From assembly GCA_965230635.1 (NCBI GenBank), contig CBDDLJ010000022.1:86705-150704 (forward strand): 64,000 nt of DNA, in the 5' to 3' direction. A model generated the notes under the pieces. It saw only the letters and a program-made list of their open reading frames with translations. It searched no databases and was not told the origin of the DNA. Origin of the DNA: Gammaproteobacteria bacterium. GTDB lineage: Bacteria; Pseudomonadota; Gammaproteobacteria; UBA1113. This document shows positions 1-9,218 of the stretch, in pieces (position 1 is the stretch's first letter; each line of letters opens with the position of its first letter). A program made the position numbers and the translations under genes.

Positions 1-2
1 GT

Positions 3-200
3 GGGTTAACGCAATTTTTACGAAAGCAAACACAAACGATACTGAAAGCAGCAATTGAGGCTGAGGTCAATAAGTTTATTAGTGCACATTCAGAAAATTA
101 GACAATAGTGATCAACAAGGTGGTCCGCAATGGTTATTCACCTAGACAGGCTATTCAAACAAGCATTGACCAAGTGCGTATTATTAACATGCTGCACCCC
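3..200 (+). pseudogene. IS256-family transposase, N-terminal fragment with in-frame stop
   Basis: Frame 3 reads GLTQFLRKQTQTILKAAIEAEVNKFISAHSEN*TIVINKVVRNGYSPRQAIQTSIDQVRIINM. The A.EAEV..F and VVRNGY..R.I.T..G..V motifs are the conserved N-terminal signature of IS256 transposases. The fragment is interrupted by TAG, and no DDE part follows. Confidence 0.5.
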
Positions 201-313
201 CATTATTGTGATGATGGGCGGGGTGCAATAACGAATTAATTTAGGTTTTTGTTGTGTCATATTGGACGTCTTTAGGCTGTTTTTAATAATACGCACAGAT
301 CAAATCACACCTT

Positions 314-1186
314 TTACACCAGTGTATAATGATCATTCGCTCTCTCAGCAGTATGACGGCTACTTCGAACACTACAACCAACTGCCGCTGCACATACAGC
401 AATTGTCAACGCTGTCATTGCCATCCCTGGTAAACAAAGAAATAAAAGCAAAGGGGAAGAGCAACAGAGTATAAGTCCTGCAACACCCGTGATAATCGTA
501 GCAGCGACCACTGCCTTCACAAGTGGAGATGCTCCCTTAGAACGCGAGCAAGTTATACCACTTTGTATCGAACGATTATGCCAATTATCGTTTAATCTAG
601 GTGTTGGTACACGTGGTTGAGTTAGCTGAAAAAATGATTGTTGATTTGTCGCTACCGAATGCACATTCTGTTGCGATGGCATATTAGCATCAGATGGTAC
701 ATATTGCGGTAACGGTAGTAACAAGTATTCTGCAGGTTGTGCAGCAGGCTCAATAACATAGACCGTTTCATGCACTCCTGGCACTAAATCTGATTCTATT
801 TGATGATCAGCACTTAACAAAAGGGCTCTAAAAGTCTCTACTACGCTGTGCATTTTATTACTAAGATGAATTATACGTCGATTCTGCTCATCAACTGATA
901 TGTCTGTATTATTCATCACCGTTTGACGTTGCTGACGCACTTGGTTTAACTTTTCATCTGCCTGGTGAAATGCATTGTCTAACACCGTGTTAATTTCTGA
1001 ATGTTGCTCTCTGTAAGCATTGTAAAGTGCTGCCAATTCCATCGATTCACGCAATGGTTTCGCTTTTATCGTAGCAACCAATTGAGCGACCTGTTCAGCA
1101 CTCAGTATTACCGTATCTTTTTGCATTGCTTGACGATTATCTGTTCTAATCAATATCGGAATAAAACCATTGTATGTTTGTATCAT
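314..1186 (-). CDS. hypothetical coiled-coil protein with two C-terminal transmembrane helices (candidate secreted effector)
   Basis: 290-aa ORF. The N-terminal half is Q/E/R-rich helical. The C-terminal region (AVVAATIITGVAGLILCCSSPLLLFLCLPGMAMTALTIAVCAAAVG) forms a bilobed hydrophobic hairpin. I recognise no known family. A PmrA-like box lies upstream. Confidence 0.6.
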   Translation of the reverse strand: MIQTYNGFIPILIRTDNRQAMQKDTVILSAEQVAQLVATIKAKPLRESMELAALYNAYREQHSEINTVLDNAFHQADEKLNQVRQQRQTVMNNTDISVDEQNRRIIHLSNKMHSVVETFRALLLSADHQIESDLVPGVHETVYVIEPAAQPAEYLLLPLPQYVPSDANMPSQQNVHSVATNQQSFFQLTQPRVPTPRLNDNWHNRSIQSGITCSRSKGASPLVKAVVAATIITGVAGLILCCSSPLLLFLCLPGMAMTALTIAVCAAAVGCSVRSSRHTAERANDHYTLV

Positions 1187-1286
1187 GACTAACCTCTTTT
1201 GTTTGTATATTAGACAGTTGTTGCTTTTACCGTATCACAAGTGATCATGTATTGCATTAACTGACTTGCCCTGTAACACCATTATG

Positions 1287-1320
1287 ATTCTATAGGATGA
1301 ATACTTAAGTAAAGATTAAG
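1287..1320 (-). promoter_or_regulatory. PmrA-like tandem box plus -10-like element upstream of CDS 314-1186
   Basis: The minus strand reads CTTAATCTT-TA-CTTAAGTAT (TTAA-N7-TTAA), followed after 7 nt by TATAGAAT. This resembles the Legionella/Coxiella PmrA consensus cTTAATatT-N2-cTTAATatT placed just upstream of a -10. The genome is AT-rich, so a chance match is possible. Confidence 0.35.
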
Positions 1321-1460
1321 AGAAGTCAGTAACTGATTATAAAAAAGTTTTCAATAACAAATAGCTGCTAAAAAATAGACATAATGGCCACGAATTAGAC
1401 TAATCAATACCTGTCTTTTTGACTATATTTTATTTATCTGAATTGCTAAACAAGAATGTT

Positions 1461-1623
1461 TATAGCAGTTTTCAATATTACTCAGCCATTATAAGCGAGT
1501 ATAACGCGTGCTTGCGCGGTTTCAAAAGCGAGGTTTGCTTACTGTAAATAAGCCTTTGAAGAACAAAGCAAGCGCGGGTTAGAGGAAGTTTATAATGGCT
1601 GAGTAATATTGAAAACTGCTATA
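1461..1623. mobile_element. MITE copy 1 (163 bp, long imperfect palindrome, 32-bp perfect terminal inverted repeats, TA-flanked)
   Basis: The element runs TA|TAGCAGTTTTCAATATTACTCAGCCATTATAA...TTATAATGGCTGAGTAATATTGAAAACTGCTA|TA. A second ~90% identical copy lies at 20386-20548 and a half copy at 21915-21958. Confidence 0.8.
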
Positions 1624-1630
1624 ATAATAG

Positions 1631-1961
1631 AGTTAGCCGATAAGCCGGGTTCTGTCGTGGACAGTCATTCATCTGGAGCGCATGTCGCCACACACTTCTT
1701 GCGGCCAACCCAAATCCAGTGCGAGCAACACTAACAGATTTCTATTTGGCCTTGCTCCAAGTGGGGTTTACCCTGCCACTGATGTTGCCATCAGTGCGGT
1801 GCGCTCTTACCGCACCATTTCACCCTTACCGGCAAACCGGCGGTATCTTTTCTGTGGCACTTTCCGTAGGCTTACACCCCCCAGGCGTTACCTGGCACTT
1901 TGCCCTATGGAGCCCGGACTTTCCTCCTTACATAAATGTAAAGCGACTGTCTGGCTAACTC
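1631..1961 (-). ncRNA. rnpB: RNase P RNA (bacterial type A, M1 RNA)
   Basis: The reverse complement carries the universal blocks GAGGAAAGTCCGGGCTCCATAGGGCA, GTGCCAGGTAACGCCTGGG, GGTAAGGGTGAAA.GGTGCGGTAAGAGCGCACC, GGTAAACCCCAC..GGAGCAAGGCCAAATAG and AGATGAATGACTGTCCACGACAGAACCCGGCTTATCGG. The P1 stem pairs GAGTTAGCC with GGCTAACTC. The ends are good to a few nt. Confidence 0.93.
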
Positions 1962-1979
1962 AACAAATATCGTAACGCA

Positions 1980-2828
1980 TTAGCTTGGATCTTTCAAGCT
2001 TAATGCTAACTCATATAAATAATTTTTTTTAAAGCCTGTTATTTGTGTTGCTAATGATACGGCTTGTTTCATAGGCAACTCGGCTAATAATGGCTCCAAT
2101 ACGTTTTCTGCTGTTTGAATATCTTCTTCTGCCTCCTTTGCTTTACTACCCGCAACACATATGACAAATTCGCCACGTACTTGCTCAGGATGATTCTGCA
2201 GCCATTGCTGAATTTCAAATAAACTGCCAAAATAATAATTTTCATATAACTTGGTTAATTCACGTGATAAAAATCCCTGCCGATCTTCACCAAAAATCGA
2301 CACTAAATCAGCAAGCATTGCAACGATACGATGTGGCGCTTCATAAAACACAAGCGTTTCGGTAAAGAATTGCAATGATTGTAATGTGCTTTGGCGCTGT
2401 GTTGCTTTACTCGGTAAAAAACCGTAAAAGAAAAATTTATCTGCTGGCAAACCACTCATACTCAAAGCGGTAATTAATGCACTAGCGCCAGGAATGGCAA
2501 TAACGGCTACATTTGCCTGGTGTGCCGCCTGTATTAAATGGTAACCAGGATCACTGATAGCTGGCGTTCCAGCATCACTGATCAACGCTAGTGATAAACC
2601 ATTTTTTAATTCATGCACCAAATACTCTGTTTGCTTCAATTCATTATGCTGATGTAATGATATTAATCGCGTATCAACAGAAAAGTGTTGCAACAAAATA
2701 CGACTATGCCGCGTGTCTTCTGCTGCAATAACATCCACCTCTCGCAATGCTTGTAATGCACGTGTGGAAATATCTTGTAAGTTTCCTATTGGCGTCGCCA
2801 CCACATAAACTGTTCCATTTTTAGCCAA
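1980..2828 (-). CDS. rsmI: 16S rRNA (cytidine1402-2'-O)-methyltransferase
   Basis: 282 aa. The N-terminus TVYVVATPIGNLQDISTRALQALREVDVIAAEDTRHS is typical of the RsmI tetrapyrrole-methylase fold. Synteny next to lpoA-yraN-diaA-dolP supports the call. Confidence 0.9.
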   Translation of the reverse strand: MAKNGTVYVVATPIGNLQDISTRALQALREVDVIAAEDTRHSRILLQHFSVDTRLISLHQHNELKQTEYLVHELKNGLSLALISDAGTPAISDPGYHLIQAAHQANVAVIAIPGASALITALSMSGLPADKFFFYGFLPSKATQRQSTLQSLQFFTETLVFYEAPHRIVAMLADLVSIFGEDRQGFLSRELTKLYENYYFGSLFEIQQWLQNHPEQVRGEFVICVAGSKAKEAEEDIQTAENVLEPLLAELPMKQAVSLATQITGFKKNYLYELALSLKDPS

Positions 2829-2929
2829 TCCGTTCTCCTAAGTAGATAGAACTCACCTGAAAACTATCAATTTGCCACAATGAAGCTATAATTGACAAAC
2901 TAATAAATGAATGTCAAACGAGATAGAAA

Positions 2930-4783
2930 ATGTGTAAACAATATTTACAAAATATTTTCACCGCAGCTGTTTTCCTAATTCTACTTGGATCGTCAATATC
3001 ACTAAGTTATGCCAGAATGAGAAGCGACGAAGTCACCCAATATGCCAATATGGTTGGGCGATATTTAGACAGCCCTAGCCATGCGCCAGAATATGAAAAA
3101 CAAGCACTAGAATTAAAAACCGTCGGTCAGCTACTGCAAGACAAACAATTAACGCAAGCAGAAGCATTACTTAACCATTTGAATATAGAAAAACTGCCTG
3201 ACAATTTACACACAGAAAAATTAATCCTTGAAGCCAATTTAGCCTTGCTACAGGGCTATGAATACCGTAGCTTAAACATACTCAACCAAATTGAATCTAC
3301 TCGGCATTTATCGCTTGATCAACAACGAGCTTACTACGAGTTGCTTAGTCAAGCTAACGAGCATAGTGGCAACTATATTTTAAGTGCTGAAGCATTAATG
3401 GAGTTAGATCCTTTGTTACAATCTAAAAAAGCGCAAATAGAAAATAATGATAAAATATGGAAAAATTTAAATCAGCTTTCAATAGAAGAATTAAGCACAC
3501 AAATTCACTATTCCATGTCAGAAAAATTGACTGGCTGGCTTGAGTTCATCTATATTAAAAAAGTCTACGATGACAACCCTGACTTACTGGCTAATGAACA
3601 AAAACAGTGGCGCCATCACTACCCTAAACATCCAGCAAATTCTCTCATACCTAAATTCAAATTGTTTTCACGCTTGCATAATCGTGGCAAACAAATGGTT
3701 TCAGCAAGTCACAGCTACAAGCCCTTAAGCATTGCCTTGCTATTGCCTACCACCGGCGCACATGAAAAAGCAGGTAAAGCCATTAAGTCAGGATTTATGA
3801 CAGCTTATTACCAGCAGCAAAATTCTTTTTATGCGCCTACCCGCATCAATACGTATAATACTGATAACACTAATATCCAAGCATTATATCATCAAGCTGT
3901 TGCAGATGGCGCTAATGTTATCATAGGCCCTTTGATAAAAAGTAATGTCGCACAAATAGCCAGTCTGGGATCGGTGCCCGTCCCAACCTTAGGTTTAAAT
4001 ATTGTTAGTGCTTCGCGAAAACAGGTAAAAAACTTATTCGAATTCGCCTTATCGCCACAAGATGAAGCCTATCAAGTGGCAAAACGCATGTTAAAAGATG
4101 GTTTTGAAGATGTTATTATCATTGCACCTAATTCCCAATGGGGGCAAGGTATTGCAAAAACATTTCAACAAACCTTTGTAAGTGGCGGCGGCAATATTGT
4201 TGATACGCTAGCTTACGGTAAAACAAGCACACTGGATTTAGCGATAAAAAAAATACTAAAAGTTGATAACAATGCGTTAAGACGGCCACAAAAAACAGAG
4301 AAAGAAGATACAGACGATTTATCTTCTCCACGACGTGATGATTTTTCTGCCATATTTCTAGTTGCTAATCCACAAGTTGCTCGTCAAATAAAGTCGTTAT
4401 TAAAATTTTATTTCACTGATAATGCTCCCGTCTATGCGACATCAGAAATCTATACTGGAAAACCGGATCCAGGCCATGATAAAGACTTAAATGGCATTAT
4501 CTTTTGTGACATGCCTTGGACATTGAACACCAGCTCTACTGTTCAACAAGCTAAACAAACCATGCTAGAAATAGCCGCTAATATTAGCACTAGCAAAGAA
4601 CGTTTATACGCCTATGGTTTGGATGCATACACATTGGCGACTCATATGAACCCTTTCCGACTGCAAGATTATTATTCAATCGACGGCTTTACCGGTAATC
4701 TTTATTTAAGTCATCACCACATATATCGGCAATTAGAATGGGCACAATTTACCAATGGTTATCCAAAACATATCAGCAATTAA
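2930..4783 (+). CDS. lpoA: penicillin-binding protein activator LpoA
   Basis: 617 aa with a signal/lipoprotein-like N-terminus and a TPR-like N-domain. The C-terminal periplasmic-binding-protein type 1 fold contains IALLLPTTGAHEKAGKAIKSGFMTAY. The gene is divergent from rsmI, as in other gammaproteobacteria. Confidence 0.85.
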   Translation: MCKQYLQNIFTAAVFLILLGSSISLSYARMRSDEVTQYANMVGRYLDSPSHAPEYEKQALELKTVGQLLQDKQLTQAEALLNHLNIEKLPDNLHTEKLILEANLALLQGYEYRSLNILNQIESTRHLSLDQQRAYYELLSQANEHSGNYILSAEALMELDPLLQSKKAQIENNDKIWKNLNQLSIEELSTQIHYSMSEKLTGWLEFIYIKKVYDDNPDLLANEQKQWRHHYPKHPANSLIPKFKLFSRLHNRGKQMVSASHSYKPLSIALLLPTTGAHEKAGKAIKSGFMTAYYQQQNSFYAPTRINTYNTDNTNIQALYHQAVADGANVIIGPLIKSNVAQIASLGSVPVPTLGLNIVSASRKQVKNLFEFALSPQDEAYQVAKRMLKDGFEDVIIIAPNSQWGQGIAKTFQQTFVSGGGNIVDTLAYGKTSTLDLAIKKILKVDNNALRRPQKTEKEDTDDLSSPRRDDFSAIFLVANPQVARQIKSLLKFYFTDNAPVYATSEIYTGKPDPGHDKDLNGIIFCDMPWTLNTSSTVQQAKQTMLEIAANISTSKERLYAYGLDAYTLATHMNPFRLQDYYSIDGFTGNLYLSHHHIYRQLEWAQFTNGYPKHISN

Positions 4784-4809
4784 CCTTAAAGCCCATTGTT
4801 AAAAAAATA

Positions 4810-5214
4810 ATGACAAGCTTTAAGCCAATGGTTTGTTGTAAAAAACAACAACTGTTTAAAAGAAGGTCTATTGGGCATTGGTCAGAAAGGAAAGCAAACG
4901 ATTTTCTTCGACGCAGGGGTTTACTTTTACTCGAACAGAATTATTATTGTCGTTGGGGTGAAATTGATTTGATCATGCAAGATAGTCAAACCATTGTTTT
5001 TGCAGAAGTACGTTATCGTAAACACAGTACTACTGCCGCATGGCTAAGTATTGCTCAAGAGAAACAACAAAGATTGCATCAAACCGCACAACATTATTTA
5101 CAAATCCACCCCATTATGAAGCAATTGCCTTGTCGATTTGACATCGTTGCTATGAGTCAGCAACAAGGCCAATTGCAAATACAATGGATAAAAAACGCAT
5201 TTGAGGCAAAGTAA
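4810..5214 (+). CDS. yraN: YraN family endonuclease (UPF0102)
   Basis: Contains the GEIDLIMQD..TIVFAEVRYR motif. The start is set at ATG 4810 rather than the ORF-track start at 4738, which overlaps the lpoA 3' end. Start uncertain. Confidence 0.75.
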   Translation: MTSFKPMVCCKKQQLFKRRSIGHWSERKANDFLRRRGLLLLEQNYYCRWGEIDLIMQDSQTIVFAEVRYRKHSTTAAWLSIAQEKQQRLHQTAQHYLQIHPIMKQLPCRFDIVAMSQQQGQLQIQWIKNAFEAK

Positions 5215-5796
<582 letters not shown>

Positions 5797-5803
5797 AGGT
5801 AAC

Positions 5804-6376
5804 ATGATGGCTAAAAAAATACTGATGACTTTACTCGTTGCTTGCACTCTAGTTGGGTGTGTCCCTGCGTTTATTGCCGGCACTGCCTTAGGTGGTATTG
5901 TTGTCTATGAAGGCCGCACTGCCCATATCAAAAAACAAGATTTCCAATTATCACAACAAATAAAAAAGCGTATTAATGCCGATCAAGCGATTGCCGAAAA
6001 TAGCCGCATCATTGTTTCAGCCTATGATGGCGTTATTTTACTCGCAGGCCAATCACCGCAAGCGAAATTAAAACAACAAGCCGGAAACATTGCCCACAGT
6101 GTTACAGGTGTGAAGCGCATATACAATGAAATCAGCTTGACCAAGCCGATTTCTTCATTAGCACAATCAAAAGATACATGGATCACAACCAAAGTTAAAA
6201 GCGTCTTACTGGCCACAAAAGATTTAAACTCTAGCCAGATTAAAGTCGTAACAGAAAATAGCGTTGTCTATTTATTAGGCAAAGTAACCCACTCTCAAGC
6301 AAAAATTGCTTCAGACGCAACACGCACCGTGAGAGGAGTCAAAAAAGTAGTCACTATTTTTGAGTACGATCGATAA
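5804..6376 (+). CDS. dolP: BON-domain outer-membrane lipoprotein DolP (YraP)
   Basis: Lipobox LLVACTLVGC, followed by two BON-like halves. GAGG lies 7 nt upstream of ATG 5804. The position after diaA is conserved. Confidence 0.8.
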   Translation: MMAKKILMTLLVACTLVGCVPAFIAGTALGGIVVYEGRTAHIKKQDFQLSQQIKKRINADQAIAENSRIIVSAYDGVILLAGQSPQAKLKQQAGNIAHSVTGVKRIYNEISLTKPISSLAQSKDTWITTKVKSVLLATKDLNSSQIKVVTENSVVYLLGKVTHSQAKIASDATRTVRGVKKVVTIFEYDR

Positions 6377-6795
6377 TGCAAACAGTTCACGCTGTTGTTG
6401 GCATAATAATCAATGACAAACAAGAAGTCTTAATTGCTCTGCGGCAAGCCCACCAACATTACGGCGGCTACTGGGAATTTCCTGGGGGAAAAATCAAACA
6501 GGATGAAGATGAGTTTAACGCACTAAAACGTGAATGCCTAGAGGAAGTCGATCTCACTATACAACAAGCAGAAATGTTAACAAAGCTTGATTATAGGCGC
6601 CCTGAACATCATGTGTTTTTAAGTGTATGGCAAGTAACATGCTTTTCTGGTAAAGCAAAAGGTTGTGAAGGCCAAATCATAAAGTGGGTTAACTTCACCG
6701 AGCTAGAAAACTACCAATTTCCTCCAGCAAATCAAGAAATTATTGCTGCATTTTTACATAATAAAAAAAATCATCCTGAAGTTGGTCACATCTAA
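6376..6795 (+). CDS. mutT: NUDIX hydrolase, 8-oxo-dGTP diphosphatase MutT-like
   Basis: Nudix box GGYWEFPGGKIKQDEDEFNALKRECLEEVDL; 139 aa. Confidence 0.8.
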   Translation: MQTVHAVVGIIINDKQEVLIALRQAHQHYGGYWEFPGGKIKQDEDEFNALKRECLEEVDLTIQQAEMLTKLDYRRPEHHVFLSVWQVTCFSGKAKGCEGQIIKWVNFTELENYQFPPANQEIIAAFLHNKKNHPEVGHI

Positions 6796-6943
6796 AAATC
6801 GATCATTGAAGTATACGCTGATTGATAAAAATTCAAAGCAATTCATTGTTTAAAATGGTAGCATTTTGGCCTGCGCCACAGGGGAACAACCACTTTGAAT
6901 CTCCCACTATGATCTGGTAGAATTTCTCCAGATAGTTATGTTA

Positions 6944-7150
6944 TAGCGGTTTTCTAAACTATTGATCATAATATCCTGCATGAGCAAACCACCCTTCCAG
7001 ATCACGAGGATGAATAGATTGACATGCATTTTTTATTTTCATACTAAAAGTTTCTGTTGTTCTAGCAGCAACTTTGCGCAAATAATTTTTTATTTTTGAC
7101 CAGATATTTTCTGGTTGTGTCCCTATAATGCTGTAAATTCTAGAAGGCTG
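6944..7150 (-). mobile_element. IS630/Tc1-mariner-family remnant (C-terminal transposase fragment plus terminal repeat)
   Basis: The minus-strand translation is YSIIGTQPENIWSKIKNYLRKVAARTTETFSMKIKNACQSIHPRDLEGWFAHAGYYDQ*. This matches the YSP.LNPIE.xWs.iK...r and C-terminal W..HCGY signatures of IS630 transposases. The end of the element reads TA|TAGCGGTTTTCTAAAC at 6942-6960. Confidence 0.6.
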
Positions 7151-7210
7151 ATAAAAAACAACCCAATTTGAGCTTATTTTTTTGTTAATAAATGAACACT
7201 GCTGTGCAAG

Positions 7211-7392
7211 ATGTGTTATCTATTAAGATGTACGTCGAGATGAAGCGATACGTCCTACGGGTATTTGTATTGTTTATGGTGTTAACCAGGAAGGACAGCG
7301 GGAGCCATTAGATTTGCTTTTGGCAGATAGTGAAAATGAAACAAGTTGGGAGTGTTTATTTAAAACACTTAATGAATTGACAGAACAGGAGG
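7211..7392 (+). pseudogene. IS256-family transposase internal fragment
   Basis: Translation DVRRDEAIRPTGICIVYGVNQEGQREPLDLLLADSENETSWECLFKTLNELTEQ matches the IS256 block (D.tyvkVR.dg.v....v.iAiGV..dG.RE.Lg...g.sEs...W...l..L). Both ends are truncated. Confidence 0.5.
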
Positions 7393-8001
7393 CTAGTGAA
7401 CCGAATAACATTGTAACAATAGCAAAGTGACATGGAAATATTTTGGACAATGAAAATTTACAGCAAAATTTGGACTTGATCTGCTTTCTCCAGCATATTC
7501 TTGCAGTGCACGGCTTAAAGGTTGGTATTGAATTCGTGCATTTTTCCCCATGGAAGGGGTATAAGTGGCCATAAAGGCAAAAGGATAATCACGATCGTGT
7601 TTATTTTCTGCTAAATGAAAGCAAACTCGACCAACTTGATGCCATTGTGGCAATTTTTCTGCGAAGAACGCTGAAAGTGCACCATCAAACTGTCTGATTT
7701 CACACCGGATCCAATCATAAAAATCAGATCATAAATCATATAATACTTGACGAGTACAATATTCTGCCCCTGGCATAATCGATTCAAATATTTTATAGAA
7801 AAATCGCGCCAATAATGCAGCACAGATGACCATGCACTGGTGTTCGCTGTACTCGCCAGAGTTAACAAATCGGCTGAAGTGCTGTGAAAAAGCATGGATA
7901 ATACTTTTATCTAGGATGTGAGGAATATCAGCATCGGTGGATTGACTCACATTAAGATGACCCAATGGAGATATAGATAAAACCGTATGCATAACAGACA
8001 A
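7393..8001 (-). pseudogene. frameshifted N-terminal remnant of an SNF2-family helicase-like gene
   Basis: Three overlapping ORFs in three frames (7729-8001, 7611-7895, 7393-7653). The last contains FHLAENKHDRDYPFAFMATYT...QPLSRALQEYAGE, which resembles the SNF2 helicase-associated N-terminal domain. The rest of the gene is absent. Confidence 0.4.
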
Positions 8002-8032
8002 TTGCCCTTCTCATTTTTAAGATCCAAAAATC

Positions 8033-8569
8033 TTATATTGTCAATTCTTGTTCTTCTTGCAATTTTACTGCTTCACCCATAATCCAAGAAATAATCAGTA
8101 AAAATAAGGCAAAAACGATGATAGAAATATCATTGATTTTTATGCCGGAAAATAATATTGGGTTATTTGGATCTTGTATTTTTGTTACGACATAAGACAA
8201 AAATGGGGTAAGTAATAAATCTGTCATTTTCCCAACAATAATAACGATACTTAAATTGCGAAAACAGACGACATTGCATCGCGTAAAGAATTTACCATTT
8301 GCATATAAACCAAAAAGTTTCACTAAAAAATAACAAATCAATATATCAAAACCAACATTGATAAAATCAATGCCCATGCCTGCCAATGTCATACGCCAAT
8401 GTTGACTAATCTGATTAAAATTTGGCCACCCTATGCTAACCACATTGGATGTGGCTGCTTGTATGGGATCAACGCATAACCAAAGCAGAATGTGTAAAAA
8501 TGGTAATAATATCATCACGCCAATCAAAAAAACGCGTAAAATATTAGCAATTATTCGGATTTTGTTCAC
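8033..8569 (-). CDS. hypothetical integral membrane protein (4-5 TM helices)
   Basis: 178-aa ORF, hydrophobic throughout, with no recognisable catalytic motif. Confidence 0.5.
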   Translation of the reverse strand: MNKIRIIANILRVFLIGVMILLPFLHILLWLCVDPIQAATSNVVSIGWPNFNQISQHWRMTLAGMGIDFINVGFDILICYFLVKLFGLYANGKFFTRCNVVCFRNLSIVIIVGKMTDLLLTPFLSYVVTKIQDPNNPILFSGIKINDISIIVFALFLLIISWIMGEAVKLQEEQELTI

Positions 8570-8621
8570 TGTAGTACCTCAATGTTTCGCTATTGCTCGC
8601 TATTATAACCTCCGAAGACAA

Positions 8622-9218
8622 TCAAGTTCTACGGCTCATTTTCAAATATTTTTGATGCAACGTATACACACGCGTGAATAACTCATCTAAACTACCTTGA
8701 TTATCAATCACATCATCAGCAATTTCTAAACGCTGTGCCCTTGTCGTTTGTGCCTGCATAATGTTCTTTACCTGCGTTGCCAACACGTTATCTCGTCGGC
8801 TGGCTCGTTCTATTTGTTGTGCTTCAGGAAGATCAACGACTAACACTCGGTTCACTAGATCCTTTCTCTCTATTTCTGCTAATAATGGAGTGACAACAAT
8901 GCAATAAGGGGCTTGTAAATTGGCAGCAGAGGATTGAATTGAAGAAAGGATGATGGGATGAAGTAATGATTCTAACCATTCACGTTTGCTTTTATCGCAG
9001 AAGATGATTTCGCGCAATCGCTTACGATCAAGTGTTTTATCAGCAGTGAGAATATCTGAGCCAAAATACTCAATAATTTTTTCATAACTCGGTTGTCCTG
9101 GTTCTGTTAATTGTGCTGCAATCACATCCGCATCAATAACAGGCACATCTAATTGTGCAAATATATTAGCAACCGCTGTTTTACCACTACCTATGCCTCC
9201 TGTTAATCCAACGATCAT
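8622..9218 (-). CDS. coaE: dephospho-CoA kinase
   Basis: MIVGLTGGIGSGKTAVANIFAQLDVPVIDADVIA contains the P-loop and the D.D motif. There is a 4-nt overlap with the pilD stop. Confidence 0.92.
   Translation of the reverse strand: MIVGLTGGIGSGKTAVANIFAQLDVPVIDADVIAAQLTEPGQPSYEKIIEYFGSDILTADKTLDRKRLREIIFCDKSKREWLESLLHPIILSSIQSSAANLQAPYCIVVTPLLAEIERKDLVNRVLVVDLPEAQQIERASRRDNVLATQVKNIMQAQTTRAQRLEIADDVIDNQGSLDELFTRVYTLHQKYLKMSRRT

Noticed and set aside
262-474. 70-aa plus-strand ORF, and 1001-1192 (+).
   Set aside because: Both are antisense inside the better-supported 314-1186 CDS, with no RBS.
1682-1975. ORFs 1682-1975 and 1719-1958 (+).
   Set aside because: They lie entirely within, and antisense to, the RNase P RNA gene. 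The sequence is explained by rnpB.
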